Below are positions 1-12,218 of a DNA stretch of 64,000 nt, one piece after another. Within the stretch, counting starts at the first letter, position 1, and the number at the start of each line of letters is the position of its first letter. Location of the stretch: NCBI GenBank assembly GCA_040437565.1, contig JBDOQK010000064.1, positions 62,001-126,000 of the forward strand, written 5' to 3'. The stretch is from Albugo candida. Taxonomy: Eukaryota. A program made the translations under genes and the position numbers. The notes under the pieces were generated by a model, which had not been told where the DNA came from, did not search any database, and saw only the letters and a program-made list of their open reading frames with translations.

Positions 1-692
1 CCGCGTGGATCCCAATTTCCCTGCAGGTTTTATGGATATCGTTGAAATTCCCAAAAGCGGTGATCAATTTCGCTTGTTGTACGACACCAAAGGGCGATTC
101 GTCTTACATCGTGTCAACCACGAAGAGAAAAAGTACAAACTTTGTAAAGTCATCCGTCAAGAATACACAAAGAAAGCGATTCCGTATGTTGCAACCAACG
201 ATGGCCGAACGATTCGCTACCCGGATCCGCTCGTCCGAATTAATGACACTGTGAAAATTGATTTAGAAACCGGCAAAATCGTTGATTTTATTAAATTTGA
301 AACTGGAAATCTTGTCATGGTCACACGGGGACGAAATACCGGTATTGTTGGAATGCTGCATCAAATTGAGAGGTAGGAACACACCCTTTCTATCATACTA
401 GCTCTACGAGCAGGGTGTGGTGGTAACTGTCTCCATTGTGGCTATATGCACGCAAGCTGCGAATCAAGTCGTATTTGTCTCACATGCTTGTGCTTTCTTT
501 CGTAGACACGAAGGTTCCTTCAGTATCGCACGTATCAAAGATTCAACAGGTCATGAATTTGCCACTCGTTTGGGTAATGTGTTTGTGATTGGAGTTGGAT
601 CACGACCTTGGATCTCACTTCCAAAGGGAAAAGGGATCAAGCTCAGTATCTTGGAAGAGCGTAGTGTTCGAGAACAAAAGAGTCTCAATTAG
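1..692 (+). CDS. RPS4: 40S ribosomal protein S4 (eS4), 3' part; intron 373-505
   Basis: Translation [61 protein letters not shown] is eS4. A GT(373)..AG(505) intron joins ER|HEGSF in frame. The 5' end lies outside the window. Confidence 0.97.
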
Positions 693-1230
693 AAGCAGAT
701 GTACTTTGACTGAGCTAACGAGAGAATACAGGAGAGATTCGCTAGTTGAGAGTTGACGAATCGCGAGTCATGCTGTCTATCCACCCACCGCCATCCTCAT
801 TGACGCGCGCTCCGACGTCATACGTTAAAGGGCATCCATTATCATACATTAACCAACACTTTGACTACCCTTAATAGAGAGCGTACTTGTGATGGTAATA
901 GACTTTGTATCGCAATTCGTGTTGCCGGTCAATCGCTCATCATTTGATCAGCACTCTATACCGCGCATCCCGAAATCTTTAGACGTCAGTTGTGATTCAT
1001 ACGACGACAGGAAATGAAAAGAAAAAAGTCGTGTACAGCTTACAAACGAACAAAAGCGACAAAAAGCGAAAAGCATCCGAATCGTATGGTATCACTGTAA
1101 ACGACCTTCGTCCCTACTGACGCGAAAAGTATCGTTCGCGCATGGCAGTCATTCCCTTCACCCATTCGACCCTTGTAAGCTCCTAACGTATTTCGGGATA
1201 GGTCTGTAGGATACAGTCGTTTCTCTCTTT

Positions 1231-1255
1231 TTATCTTATCTTATCTTATCTTATC
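1231..1255. repeat. (TTATC)5 microsatellite
   Basis: Five perfect TTATC units about 80 nt upstream of the ATG at 1335. Confidence 0.9.
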
Positions 1256-1334
1256 TTAAGTTCGTATCGAAAGTCAAAAAGTTGGAACAGTTTAATTGCT
1301 CCAAACGTTGTGCCGTATAACTAATTCCTAAACA

Positions 1335-2985
1335 ATGGGAAACTCTGAATCTCGCGGTACCACGGACCATCCATTGACACTTACTGTACCGGAATCAGCT
1401 TTGTCTTCTTGTTGTGAGAATGACATTGCACGAATTCACCGATCTTCCACTTTACCGCCTCCTTATGCAGCTGAGAATCACACGACATCAACACTGCTTC
1501 CGAATTCTGTATCTGTAACACTCGATACCGATATCTCACGTCGTGGCGATCATTTACACTCTCAATCGCTTCATAACGAGCGCGGTGGCATCGAATTAGG
1601 ACAACAAGTCGTAGAGGACACCACCACTAAAGTCGGTTATTGGTATCTGATAAAAAACGGATACAATGAACTCGTTCATTTGATCATTCGACCGCCTAGA
1701 GCTAGGTATCAAATCAAGGATCTTGGACCACACCAATTTACATTTCTAGGATCGCACTATTACCGCTCCGACTTTCAAGTTGTAAATGCTCGGAATCAGA
1801 CCTTAGAGTGCTCGTTTTGGCGCGTGAAGGGATTGGACAATAGCCAGAAACCTCCATGTGTCATCTATCTCCATGGGAACTCGTCATGTCGCTTGGAATG
1901 TCTCTCAATCTTACGAACGTGTTTATCGTCCGGCCTCAGTGTCGTTGCCTTTGATGGAGCAGGAAGCGGGAAATCACAAGGAGAGTACATTTCGTTGGGG
2001 TATTATGAGCGAGACGACTTGCAGGCTGTGATACAGCATCTACGGGACAACGAATGGGTCTCCAGCGTCGGGTTATGGGGTCGAAGTATGGGAGCAGCAA
2101 CAGCCTTACTCCATGTGGATCGCGATCCATCGATTGCTGGGGTTATCATTGACTCGGCATTTACGAGTTTAGAGGAATTAGTGCAAGAAATCGTCGAGCA
2201 GGGACGACAGGAAGGTCTCAGTATTCCGTCGTGGGCGCTCAAATTGGTGATGCGATGTATACGCTCTTCCGTGCAGAAACGGGCACATTTTGACGTTCGG
2301 GATTTAGCGCCGAGGAATCACGCATCGGAATCGTTTGTACCGGCAATGTTTGTAGCCGCTCGAAATGATTCGTTCATTGGAGCACATCACAGTAAAGAAC
2401 TGCATGAGTTGTACGCAGGAGATAAGAATTTGGTGATTGTCGATGGAGATCACAATACGCTTCGACCTTCGTTCCTGTTGGATTCCGCGGGTATTTTCCT
2501 ACAGAACGCGTTACACATTGATCCGATCTCTGTACCACACGCAAATGTATCGATTCCCGGTCATGGGCTCATTCGTCGACGTAGTGGACGCTTACCTTGG
2601 TCAACTTCCAAATCAGCTTGGCTCGAGAAGGAGACTCCTACCTCTGCACAAGCGTCTCATTCACGTCAGCGTCCAAGCAGTAAGAATGGAGTGAAGACAA
2701 AGGTGTCGGAGAGAGAATGGAAAGCCTGGCAATCAGAGAACGTCACCCACAAATTGTCAGTGACGGAGACGGAATCCCAATTGATGATCCCGGAAAGCGC
2801 GTGGAATTGTGCTGTGTGTACTTTTCGGAATGCCCCAATGATGTCGCGGGTACGCATACCGCTGCATGAATCCTATCGTTTTGATGATCGCTTTGTAGTG
2901 TGATATTTGCCACAGTCGATATCGACCTAAAGCCCCCGAAGATCGGAAGCGTGGATCGCATCGTAGCAGAAAGTATTCGCTCTGA
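1335..2985 (+). CDS. Alpha/beta-hydrolase with C-terminal RanBP2-type zinc finger; intron 2850-2898
   Basis: YLHGNSS oxyanion motif, GRSMG nucleophile elbow, acid Asp (ARNDSFI) and His (GDHN). A 49-nt GT-AG intron completes WNCAVCTFRNAPMMSR|CDIC; stop TGA at 2983-2985. The N-terminus MGNSES fits a myristoylation pattern. Confidence 0.85.
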
Positions 2986-3070
2986 AAGCGCACGCTTCAT
3001 GTCGAATTCAGTGGCGCTAGAATCAATACAGTATGACCTATTTATTACCGTCAAACACCAATGTCTATCG

Positions 3071-4303
3071 TTAGGAATTGTGGTTCCGTCGTGCGGCAGC
3101 CGCAGTTTTCTTTACGGCCGCTTCGTGTCGTTGGAATGTGTTTCTTCTCACAATTGCTTTCGCTTTATGCGTTGTTTTCTTCGCATTGAAAGTACTGAAA
3201 ATGGGTGGAAGTTGATTCAAAGTATCGTCCGACTCGAATGGCTGCTGTGAAAGAGACGAAAGGCTTTGGGAAATGTCAAAACGGCGTGAAACGATGTCAG
3301 AGGCATTGACGTACCTCCCATGCACCGCTGGTAAAGGTACGGTATCTTCCATCGAGATTCCTGTTTCCGGGACACTCTCATTGCCGTGCATCGATGGAAT
3401 GGATTTTGTACGACTGATTTCAGGAACACGAAATGGAGCAAAGTACGCGTGCTGCAACACCTGTCGTGCACTGAGTCTTTTCTTGGGATCGTACACGAGC
3501 ATTTTCGACATCAGATCGATGGCATCCGATGACGCGTGTGGAATGAGCGATGAAAGCGACGTTCCCTTCTGATACGCGAAATCAAATTCGATATGAGCAG
3601 CTTTCTGTGTATGAAACTCTTCCAAGACATTTTGTGACGGCGACCCCAAAATCGTATGAATCCGATGAAGCTGATCGAGTTCATTAGAGCCTGGAAAAAG
3701 CGCTTGTAAGGAAGTGATTTCAAAGAACACACATCCTGCACCCCACACATCCATTGCGGGTCCATAGAATCCATCCGTGAGAAGACATTCCGGCGCTCGG
3801 TACCATCGTGTGGAAATGTACTCTGTGTACGGCTGCTTGGAATAAATCCCGCGACACGACCCGAAATCGGCCAATTTCAGCGTTTGAGAATGTTCGATTA
3901 AAATGTTTTCCGGTTTGATATCGCGATGAAAGATTCCTCTGTGGTGCATATGATCGAGCGATACAATGAGCTGATACATCAACGATTGGATGAGATTTGG
4001 ACTGAGGAATTGTCGACGTCCACGGATCAGTTCGTAGAGATTACATTCCATCAATTCAAAGACGAGCGCGAGACGACCGGAAGGCTGATCGTAGAGGACT
4101 TCTTCGAGTCGGATGATGTTTGGATGCGGCGATAATCGACGTAAAGCCTGGATCTCACGCAAGTTATTGACTTGCTCGAGACTCGTAAAGTGGTTCTTCA
4201 TACATTTGATCGCATGGAATTTCTCGTCTTTGACATTTTGAGCCTTCAAAACCTCTGAAAATGTACCTTCACCTTTTTTCGAAATCAATCGATACTTACG
4301 CAT
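3071..4303 (-). CDS. MOK: MOK/RAGE (LF4-like) CMGC Ser/Thr kinase
   Basis: MRKYRLISKKGEGTFSEVLKA start, HRDIKPEN, DFG and PYTEYISTRWYRAPE activation loop are typical of MOK/LF4. ATG at 4303. Confidence 0.9.
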   Translation of the reverse strand: MRKYRLISKKGEGTFSEVLKAQNVKDEKFHAIKCMKNHFTSLEQVNNLREIQALRRLSPHPNIIRLEEVLYDQPSGRLALVFELMECNLYELIRGRRQFLSPNLIQSLMYQLIVSLDHMHHRGIFHRDIKPENILIEHSQTLKLADFGSCRGIYSKQPYTEYISTRWYRAPECLLTDGFYGPAMDVWGAGCVFFEITSLQALFPGSNELDQLHRIHTILGSPSQNVLEEFHTQKAAHIEFDFAYQKGTSLSSLIPHASSDAIDLMSKMLVYDPKKRLSARQVLQHAYFAPFRVPEISRTKSIPSMHGNESVPETGISMEDTVPLPAVHGRYVNASDIVSRRFDISQSLSSLSQQPFESDDTLNQLPPIFSTFNAKKTTHKAKAIVRRNTFQRHEAAVKKTAAAARRNHNS

Positions 4304-4416
4304 TGGATCACTGGAAGACACGTCAATTTCGATGCATCCGCAGTCGGTGAAAGCGCTCGGCGTCGATAGAGCTCCTCGACGTGTCACTGGCGATCTTAAA
4401 ATAACGTTTGGGGTTT

Positions 4417-5038
4417 ATGAGCAAATTCGTGTCGGATGAGAGCGCAAAGGCTCAACTTCGAGCGACGTTCGATCTTTTCGACAAAGAATTAAAGGGAATT
4501 GTGGTGCAAGAGTAAGGAATTGGGATTCGTGCGACACAAACTGAGTGTTTTGGTAGAGAAGTGAGCACAATGATGCGATTCCTCGGCGTGTACCCAAGCG
4601 AGAAAGATTTGGTCAGAAAAGTACTGCCAGAGGTGTGTACATGATCTCGAGATCGTTGGGGGCTTTGCTTCAGTTCAGCGCGTTCGTAGATGCAAAGTGA
4701 GGAACAAACGACCTGTGTCGAGTATCATCGTTTCGAGAAGAAAATGCTCGAAATCATGGCTTCTGGCGAGTATCAACGCGATGATGACGAGACGTTACTT
4801 GCAGCATTTCGTGTCATTGACAAAGAGAACAAAGGCTTCATCGATGCTGACGTGTTACGTGATCTTTTGACGACGCAAGGAACAGCATTTCGAGACAAAG
4901 AAATTGACGGTACGTCACATGTCTTTGAATGAGACTTTAAACGAGAATTTCAATGCGATAGCGTTTTTGGAAATGGCCAAAGACTCAGCGACCGGAAGAG
5001 TGTATTACGAGGATTACATTGCGCTTTTTACGAATTGA
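4417..5038 (+). CDS. DRC8: EF-hand protein, dynein regulatory complex subunit 8 (EFCAB2-like); introns 4512-4556, 4633-4689, 4910-4961
   Basis: Splicing three GT-AG introns gives a calmodulin-like protein MSKFVSDESAKAQLRATFDLFDKE..EEVSTMMRFLGVYPSEKDL..LLAAFRVIDKENKGFI..AFLEMAKDSATGRVYYEDYI, matching the EFCAB2/DRC8 pattern. Confidence 0.8.
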
Positions 5039-5054
5039 ATGTGTAGCATTACGC

Positions 5055-5691
5055 TTACAAAAAGACTGTCACTTTTCGGACATTTGCTATCGGAATCGAT
5101 GACAAAATCTTTTCTCCAGCGACTGTCATATCCGTTCTCTCACACAAAGTCGATCCGTTCCCTTTGCGTCGCGATAGCGTACCCGCATGCTGGAAAGCCT
5201 CCAACGACTCACAAGTGTCCAACGAACGAGCTGCCGTATCACTCGCATCGATGTGGAGCGCTATTGTGTACGCTTGATTCGCCTTTTGGAACTCGCCCAA
5301 CGCGTTATAGCAACTCGCACTACGGACGCTCCGTTTCTCATTTGCATCGGAAATCATGTGACGAAAGAACGTACCTCGCGTACCGAGCCATTACATGTCG
5401 AGGATTCATGCGTAAAACGAGCTTCAAGTCGCGTTGTGCCTCGACAATCCGACAGAGTTTGTAGAGAACCATTCCGCGCTGAAAGCGTACGTCGACATTG
5501 TCGGGTTGTATCTCCAAAATCGCTGTGAGGTCTGAAAACGCTCGATCGAATTGATTCAAATGGAGACACGTCTGAGCGCGAATGACACGAGTATGCAAGC
5601 AGTACGGCTTCTCCTGCAGTGTGGTATCACAACTTTGTATCAGTCGATGCATATCATCGTCCGTTTTCGGGTAAAAGCCCATGGACCGCAT
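5055..5691 (-). CDS. Small tetratricopeptide-repeat protein; intron 5320-5374
   Basis: TPR-like helices RAQTCLHLNQFDRAFSDL, RGMVLYKLCRIVEAQRDL and SCYNALGEFQKANQAY. A GT-AG intron joins the two ORFs in frame. Confidence 0.7.
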
Positions 5692-5723
5692 GTCGAATGG
5701 ATTATATTTAGACAACAAAAAGC

Positions 5724-6929
5724 TTATTGGGACCGACGTGTAGCTTTTTTCAGCTTTATTTCGAGCTTTTCCAGCATATCGACAACGGTCTCATCCAAAT
5801 CAAAGTCATGTCGCCACTTCCAATCCTTCCTCGCGATAGAATCATCGAGGGATTCAGGCCATGTGGCAGCGATACTTTGTCTGAAATCCGGGGCGTAATG
5901 CATCTCAAAATTTGGAAGTACTTTTCGGATCGATGTCGCGAGCTCTGCCGGTGTGAATGACATCGCAGTCACATTATAGACGCGCTGTGTCAATGTCGAG
6001 GTATCCGCCACAAGCAGTGATTCCGTCGCTCGGAGACAATCCGGCATATACATCATGGGCAAGCGGGTATCAGGCGCCAGATAACAAGTGTATTTGCCAC
6101 GTCCAAGCGCCTCGTAAAAGATCTCGACAGCGTAGTCTGTTGTACCGCCACCCGGCCACGCTTCCGAGGAAATGATGCCTGGGTATCGAATCGATCGAAA
6201 ATCAAGGCCAAACTTCTTATGGTAATACTCCCCAAGCAGCTCTAAATGCACTTTCGTGATTCCGTAGCTATAAAAGAGCGTAAAAAAGGTTGATTTTCGT
6301 TGATACAGAGGATGCTATCGCTTACATCGTTGTCGGACGCATGATAGTCTCGTCACGAGTGTTGATGCGTGGGGTAGAAGGCCCGAAAACAGCCTGTGAT
6401 GGAGGTCATCAAACGAACAGCGTGCGAGAAAAAGACGTACAATTGTCGAAGGAGCAAATACTTTGAGACTGTTTTGCTGTGCGATTTCAAGCACATTTTC
6501 AATGCCGCGGGAATTCACTTTGAGCGCTAATTGTGGATTTTTCTCCCCGAGCGCCGACAATAAAGACGCCATATGAACGATTGTATCGACTCCATTTTCG
6601 AGGACGATCCGTGCCAGTGAATCGCGATTTTGGACGTCGCAGTAGACGAACGGACCGCATTCTTTGCGTCCGGAAGCTTTGATATCCGAATTGATGATCG
6701 AAGCATTTCCAAAAACTTTACGCAAATACGGCACAAATTCCATGCCAATTTGACCCGTTCCTCCGGTAATTAGAATGCGATTTTGACGGTCAAATACATT
6801 CAATCCGCCAGTGTACGTGCAAAAGGAGTTTTCGCTATCGGTCACGGATGCGTTTGCCGCTTTTGAAAAGGTTTGGGCACATGGAATTCTCAATCGCTGA
6901 GATGAAATGCGTCGGAATCGCACAAACAT
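5724..6929 (-). CDS. TDH: L-threonine 3-dehydrogenase (extended SDR, mitochondrial type); two short introns near 6270-6440
   Basis: [14 protein letters not shown]-binding motif, APSTI, ELLGEYY, RYPGIIS and [10 protein letters not shown] signature. Arg-rich N-terminal presequence. Confidence 0.9.
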
Positions 6930-7358
6930 GAGGCCAAGAGAACAGGTCGATGGGAGAGAGTGATAGTCGCGTTACTACGACAATTGTCACAAAAACGATA
7001 CAAAAATAAACAAATGCGTTTGGCTTTTCCCGTCGAAAATCCAATTTTCAACCCTATTTCGACGATCGTGCGATCTGCTCGATAGAACGATTGGTCGACA
7101 TTGAGAGCGGAGAGTGCTACGAGGAATACGTCGGCCATAATTTCCCATCATGTCGAATACTCCATTCCTCTGTGGCAGTCGATATCGTGGCACAATACGT
7201 ATTTCCGAGTCGTTCGACTTTTTNNNNNNNNNNNNNNNNNNNNNNNNNNNNNNNNNNNNNNNNNNNNNNNNNNNNNNNNNNNNNNNNNNNNNNNNNNNNN
7301 NNNNNNNNNNNNNNNNNNNNNNNATAGAACGATTGGTCGACATTGAGAGCGGAGAGTG

Positions 7359-8616
7359 CTACGAGGAATACGTCGGCCATAATTTCCCATCATGTCGAAT
7401 ACTCCATTCCTCTGTGGCAGTCGATATCGTGGCACAATACGTATTTCCGAGTCGTTCGACTTTTTTCGATAGTGGCGCTACTGTGTCGCCGACTGTGATT
7501 TTGGGTGCAAATCGCTTGAAATCGTCTTGTAGTTTCGAATACAGATCGATTGGATACTGCAAAGTCTTTTCTGAATCACTATTTGCCTCTTTGAACGTTT
7601 GAAGCTCTTCGAAAGACTCGGCGTACTTTGCATTTTTTGCACAGAAATCGCATTGTGCATAGTAAATGGTATCGAGAACTCTCTCTATCGCTAATTGTTG
7701 ATCCAAATACCTTTTCTGTGCATCTTTCAACTCTAAAACACCAGTTGCATGGCTCGTGTCCGATGCAAAAAACACAATTCCCCATTTCTCTGGACGGTGG
7801 ATATCGATGACTCCCGTTGGCGCCCATACGATATTATCTTCCCTGCAATTTGGCTTCTTTTCGTAACTAAGTACTCCAGCTTGATTCTTCACCGTCTCCA
7901 GTTTGTATTGCACTCGTGAGAAATTGACTCGCCAAATATCGCCCGCACGCATCGGTCGATTTCGAACAGTATCAAATCGCTCAAGCTCCTTTAAAGCGTA
8001 TCGCACTTCGATGGACCATTTTGTGGATTTTGCAGCAGGATTATTGACGTCTCCGTGCAGGTACACAGCGCTTTCCGTGGAATGTAAATTGCATGGATTC
8101 TCAAGTGCGTGTCCGTCTTTGTATGGTTTTTGTAGTACGAGTTCCCATATCGTATTCAGACAATTCATTTCCAATTCGTAGTAATTGTGACGTGTTCCGT
8201 CGGGGTTTAGAAATATTTCAAAGTCATTTTCGTCATACATTCGACTGTTTTTGACAGTGTATGTGCCCCACAATTGGGTTTCTGCCAATTCAGCGCCAAT
8301 ATAAAGGTACGTATCGTCATACATCATCTTGAAACGAGTTTGTGGGTGAGGCTTTGGAAGCATTTTGGGTCCCTCGATATCCTGAAATAAAGTGGACCAC
8401 TCCACATGCGCCCATTCGTCCTTGTCCAATCTGCGGCAATACAAATGTAAGAGTTGAGAGATTGTATGAAAGCGATACATACCTTCCATCCAAATGTAGA
8501 GGCGTGTACTTTGTATTTGTATTTGTATGCGATTTAGTATCGAGTAATTGACGCCGCACGCAGACATAAGTTGGCGGGCAGATGAAGCACATACGCTTCC
8601 ATTCCACGCTTGACAT
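7359..8616 (-). CDS. Carbohydrate-binding family 9-like domain protein; intron 8431-8482
   Basis: Spliced PLHLDGR|LDKDEWAHVEWSTLFQDIEG, TRFKMMYDDTYLYIGA, DENDFEIFLNPDG, YYELEMN, GDIWRVNFSRVQ, EDNIVWAP and IDIHRPEKWG resemble CBM9-like sugar-binding proteins. Confidence 0.8.
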
Positions 8617-8935
8617 CGTGTTCGTTTTCGATAATCTTGCAACTCTGCACGTTCTACAAGCAGATCTACGAGGATAGCATTGCCAAGTAATTGATTTTTT
8701 TTGTGGCGTTCGGTATCGAGCCTAGTATGATGNNNNNNNNNNNNNNNNNNNNNNNNNNNNNNNNNNNNNNNNNNNNNNNNNNNNNNNNNNNNNNNNNNNN
8801 NNNNNNNNNNNNNNNNNNNNNNNNNNNNNNNNCATTTCGAATGTGCATAGCGAAATAATTGTGTTCTTTGAGCGCTTTTTATCGATCAGAATTTTGCCGT
8901 GTTTAGTGGTTTCCTACTCCAAAGTAATTGCTACA

Positions 8936-10463
8936 ATGAGCCAATTTGCGCATGGAATCAGTTCGATGGATTGGTCGGCTCTTTCGGATCCGAATTACAG
9001 CCGCAATCCCTCCAAATTGCTGTTGCTGGGAGATTGTTATTCACCTCAAGATTTCGACACTCTCGATTGTCTGAAACACGCGTATCACAACGCATTCGAA
9101 TCGATTCTGTGGTATACGTATCGTCGTGATTTCGAAACGATGACGCCGTACGAGTTCACAAGTGATNNNNNNNNNNNNNNNNNNNNNNNNNNNNNNNNNN
9201 NNNNNNNNNNNNNNNNNNNNNNNNNNNNNNNNNNNNNNNNNNNNNNNNNNNNNNNNNNNNNNNNNNTTGTTATTCACCTCAAGATTTCGACACTCTCGAT
9301 TGTCTGAAACACGCGTATCACAACGCATTCGAATCGATTCTGTGGTATACGTATCGTCGTGATTTCGAAACGATGACGCCGTACGAGTTCACAAGTGATG
9401 CCGGATGGGGTTGCATGCTGCGCTCAGCACAAATGTTACTTAGCGAAGCTTTCAAAAGGAATATGCTTGGAATGAAATGGAAATTAAACGCAACATCGGA
9501 GGATTCAGAATTACCCAAAGCGTACGTGAAGCTTCTCACGTGGTTTGTGGACTCTTTCGATACTGAATGCAAGTATTCCATCCATAATATAACTCGAATC
9601 GGAATGCAATATGACAAGCTACCGGGAGAGTGGTATGGTCCTACTACAGCAGCACAAGCGATGCGTGATCTGGTGAATCTTCATGCCCAAGAATCGTCGG
9701 AATGCAATCTGGTGATGTATGTCCCGCAGGATGGTGTGGTTTACACAAAAGATGTCCATGCACTTTGCATTTCGCATTTGGATCACGAAAATACTTTTGA
9801 GGAGTTGGAGACTGAGAATCATAGTGATGGTAATTTTCCAGATCCCTTGCTTCGCCCGCCTACAGATAGTGATAATAGCGAGAAGACGTGGCAAAAATCG
9901 TTACTTATTCTCATTCCACTACGCTTGGGATTGGATTCTATCAACCCGAGGTATTTGCCAGCAATCCAACGAGTCTTTGAATTTCCACAGAGTGTAGGAA
10001 TTATCGGTGGAAAGAAAGGTCATTCTGTGTACTTTGTGGGCACATTCAATTCAAAATTACAACTATTGGATCCTCACGATATTCATCCCACCGCCGATCT
10101 GAATGCGGCTTTTCCAACAGCGGTACGCTCTATTGGGTGACAAGTATGTGATGTATCTGATCTTTCTTATCGCAGACGCACATCCGGACAGTCCATTCAC
10201 GGCTTCCTTTAGAGATGGCATTAGGCAGTATCGATCCATCACTGGCTCTAGGATTCTATTGCAGTGATCGAGAAGACTACCTGGACTTTGTCGATCGAGT
10301 GGATCGTGTGCAAAGCGAACTCTGTGGAGCGCTTCCATTCTCAATCGCAAAAGCGCGACCGAATTATGACTCGACAAACATTCTGCATACAATGAGTGAT
10401 TGTTGTCTGTCTGATGAGTGTGGTGACGAACAAGTACAAGAAGATGAGTATGTTTTACTGTAA
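8936..10463 (+). CDS. ATG4: Autophagy cysteine protease ATG4 (peptidase C54); spans a gap with duplicated flank; intron about 10123-10175
   Basis: WYTYRRDF, SDAGWGCMLRSAQM (catalytic Cys), GEWYGP, PLRLG, LDPH and SIDPSLALGFYC. Confidence 0.95.
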
Positions 10464-10691
10464 GTTGTGCGTAATCTCTGTCAAATAAAGTGTTTATTGT
10501 ATTATTACGATCAATTGAAATACTCTATTCGATACTCCATCGTCTCTTGTACCTCGACACCACACGGTAGCGCTCATTCATTGCGGTATTGCCAGATTGC
10601 AAAAGGATTTCATTACATTACGTTCTATTAATTACAATAGGAATATCGATTAAAACAGTGTATCTAATGGTACAGGTATTATATAAAAGCT

Positions 10692-11879
10692 GTGATGGTA
10701 TCAAATGCAAAGGAGCCGCCTCCTTTTCGATCTCTTCGAATATTTCCAGCCTCCAACGAGTATAAACGTTTATGCCAAAGCCTAAATAGCAATTCATTCA
10801 ATATCGATGGCAATGATTCTCTTGTCAAATCTCTTTTTAACGCGACAGAATCGAGTGTGGTTGTCGGAATGATAAGCACCGAGATACCAATTTCAAATTC
10901 CGATGCTTTGAATCGTCGAAAACGTATTTATTGGATCGCAAATCGACTTATTGGAAAGACAGCTTTCATTTCGGACGATACGGAAAATAATATTTATACA
11001 GATGCAATTATTGAATTATATTATAGCAGTGAGCAAAAGTGCATTTTTCTTCTTGGATGGATTCCATCGCCACAAGCTGCAAAAAACGATGAGAAAAGCT
11101 TACAGATGCAAGTACTTCTCTTCACGAGTTGTCAATATGTCTTTCAGATACAGGAAAGCTCCCGATTCAATCTAAAACTTGTAGAAGCGATTCAATTACT
11201 GTGGAACCGGAAGCAAGCGCTTTTGGGCTTGCTGACCGCTACCGCACCAAAACAGTCGAAACAAGGCAAATCTTGTAATTTCAAACAACAGAATATCTCT
11301 TTCAGTACCAAATATGCTTTTACTCCGGGATTTTGCACTCCTTTTCTGACAATCTTGGCTCCAGTTCATAACGAAAGTATACTATACAATTCAGAAGCCT
11401 TACGGAATTATAACTATACGATGGAGAATGTGCTATTTGTTCTCCTTCGCACACTTCCACCTGGTGTCATCAGTGTCTCAAGAACCCGCGAGAATTTCAC
11501 CGCTATGCATCTCACCAAATGCGATAAGCTCTTCCAGCTTGATGTATCTCATCCTGTGGTTTTCTTTTCCCGTTCGATCATTACACACAGAGCAGATTTA
11601 GTTGTGCGACTGAATGCGCTATTGGACTCCTTGGAGGAAAATATCGATTCTGGTGTCGACCCTTTATTAGGACAACAGATCTCACTCGAAGAAAGAGGAT
11701 TCGATCGTACTCGACATATTCTCAATAGTCATGTTCAAGGAGTCTTTGATTTTGTACAAAATGGTGTGCGATCAGGAAGGAAAGAAAACCCTCTACTCAT
11801 CGAACCTCCGAGTCCCAAACAATGGCTTCTTGAGTTCCAAAATTTGAGTACGTTGGTCTCGAAACACGATACAAAATGA
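10692..11879 (+). CDS. SMG8-like protein (N-terminal region); further small exons to about 12170 possible
   Basis: 395-aa ORF. IELYYSSEQKCIFLL, LLFTSCQYVF..SRFN and PGFCTPFL resemble SMG8 N-terminal motifs as recalled; divergent. Confidence 0.45.
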   Translation: MMVSNAKEPPPFRSLRIFPASNEYKRLCQSLNSNSFNIDGNDSLVKSLFNATESSVVVGMISTEIPISNSDALNRRKRIYWIANRLIGKTAFISDDTENNIYTDAIIELYYSSEQKCIFLLGWIPSPQAAKNDEKSLQMQVLLFTSCQYVFQIQESSRFNLKLVEAIQLLWNRKQALLGLLTATAPKQSKQGKSCNFKQQNISFSTKYAFTPGFCTPFLTILAPVHNESILYNSEALRNYNYTMENVLFVLLRTLPPGVISVSRTRENFTAMHLTKCDKLFQLDVSHPVVFFSRSIITHRADLVVRLNALLDSLEENIDSGVDPLLGQQISLEERGFDRTRHILNSHVQGVFDFVQNGVRSGRKENPLLIEPPSPKQWLLEFQNLSTLVSKHDTK

Positions 11880-12218
11880 TTCGAGGACGTCATACATCTA
11901 TCTGATCGGTTGACAGAAGCACACTCTTCCGTTAAACACACAAGCTGTTCGATGGATATCGCATGGAGCGTAAATTTGTGTTGTGTCAAGCACAATTGAC
12001 CGCTTGAATTACATTACAGAGTAATGGAGTGAGCTTCTGTGTCTCTTTCTCTATCTGACGCTCTGTCTTTAAGAACCATCGCCGGCTGTATCAATTATAA
12101 TTATCGACTTTTAGTGCAGTGCTTCCGGCTTCATGGAAGCATTTCAACGAATAGGAATTTGATGCGACCGGATACAGTGATCGGATTGGTTTAAACTGGG
12201 CAGAAATTGCTATAAATA

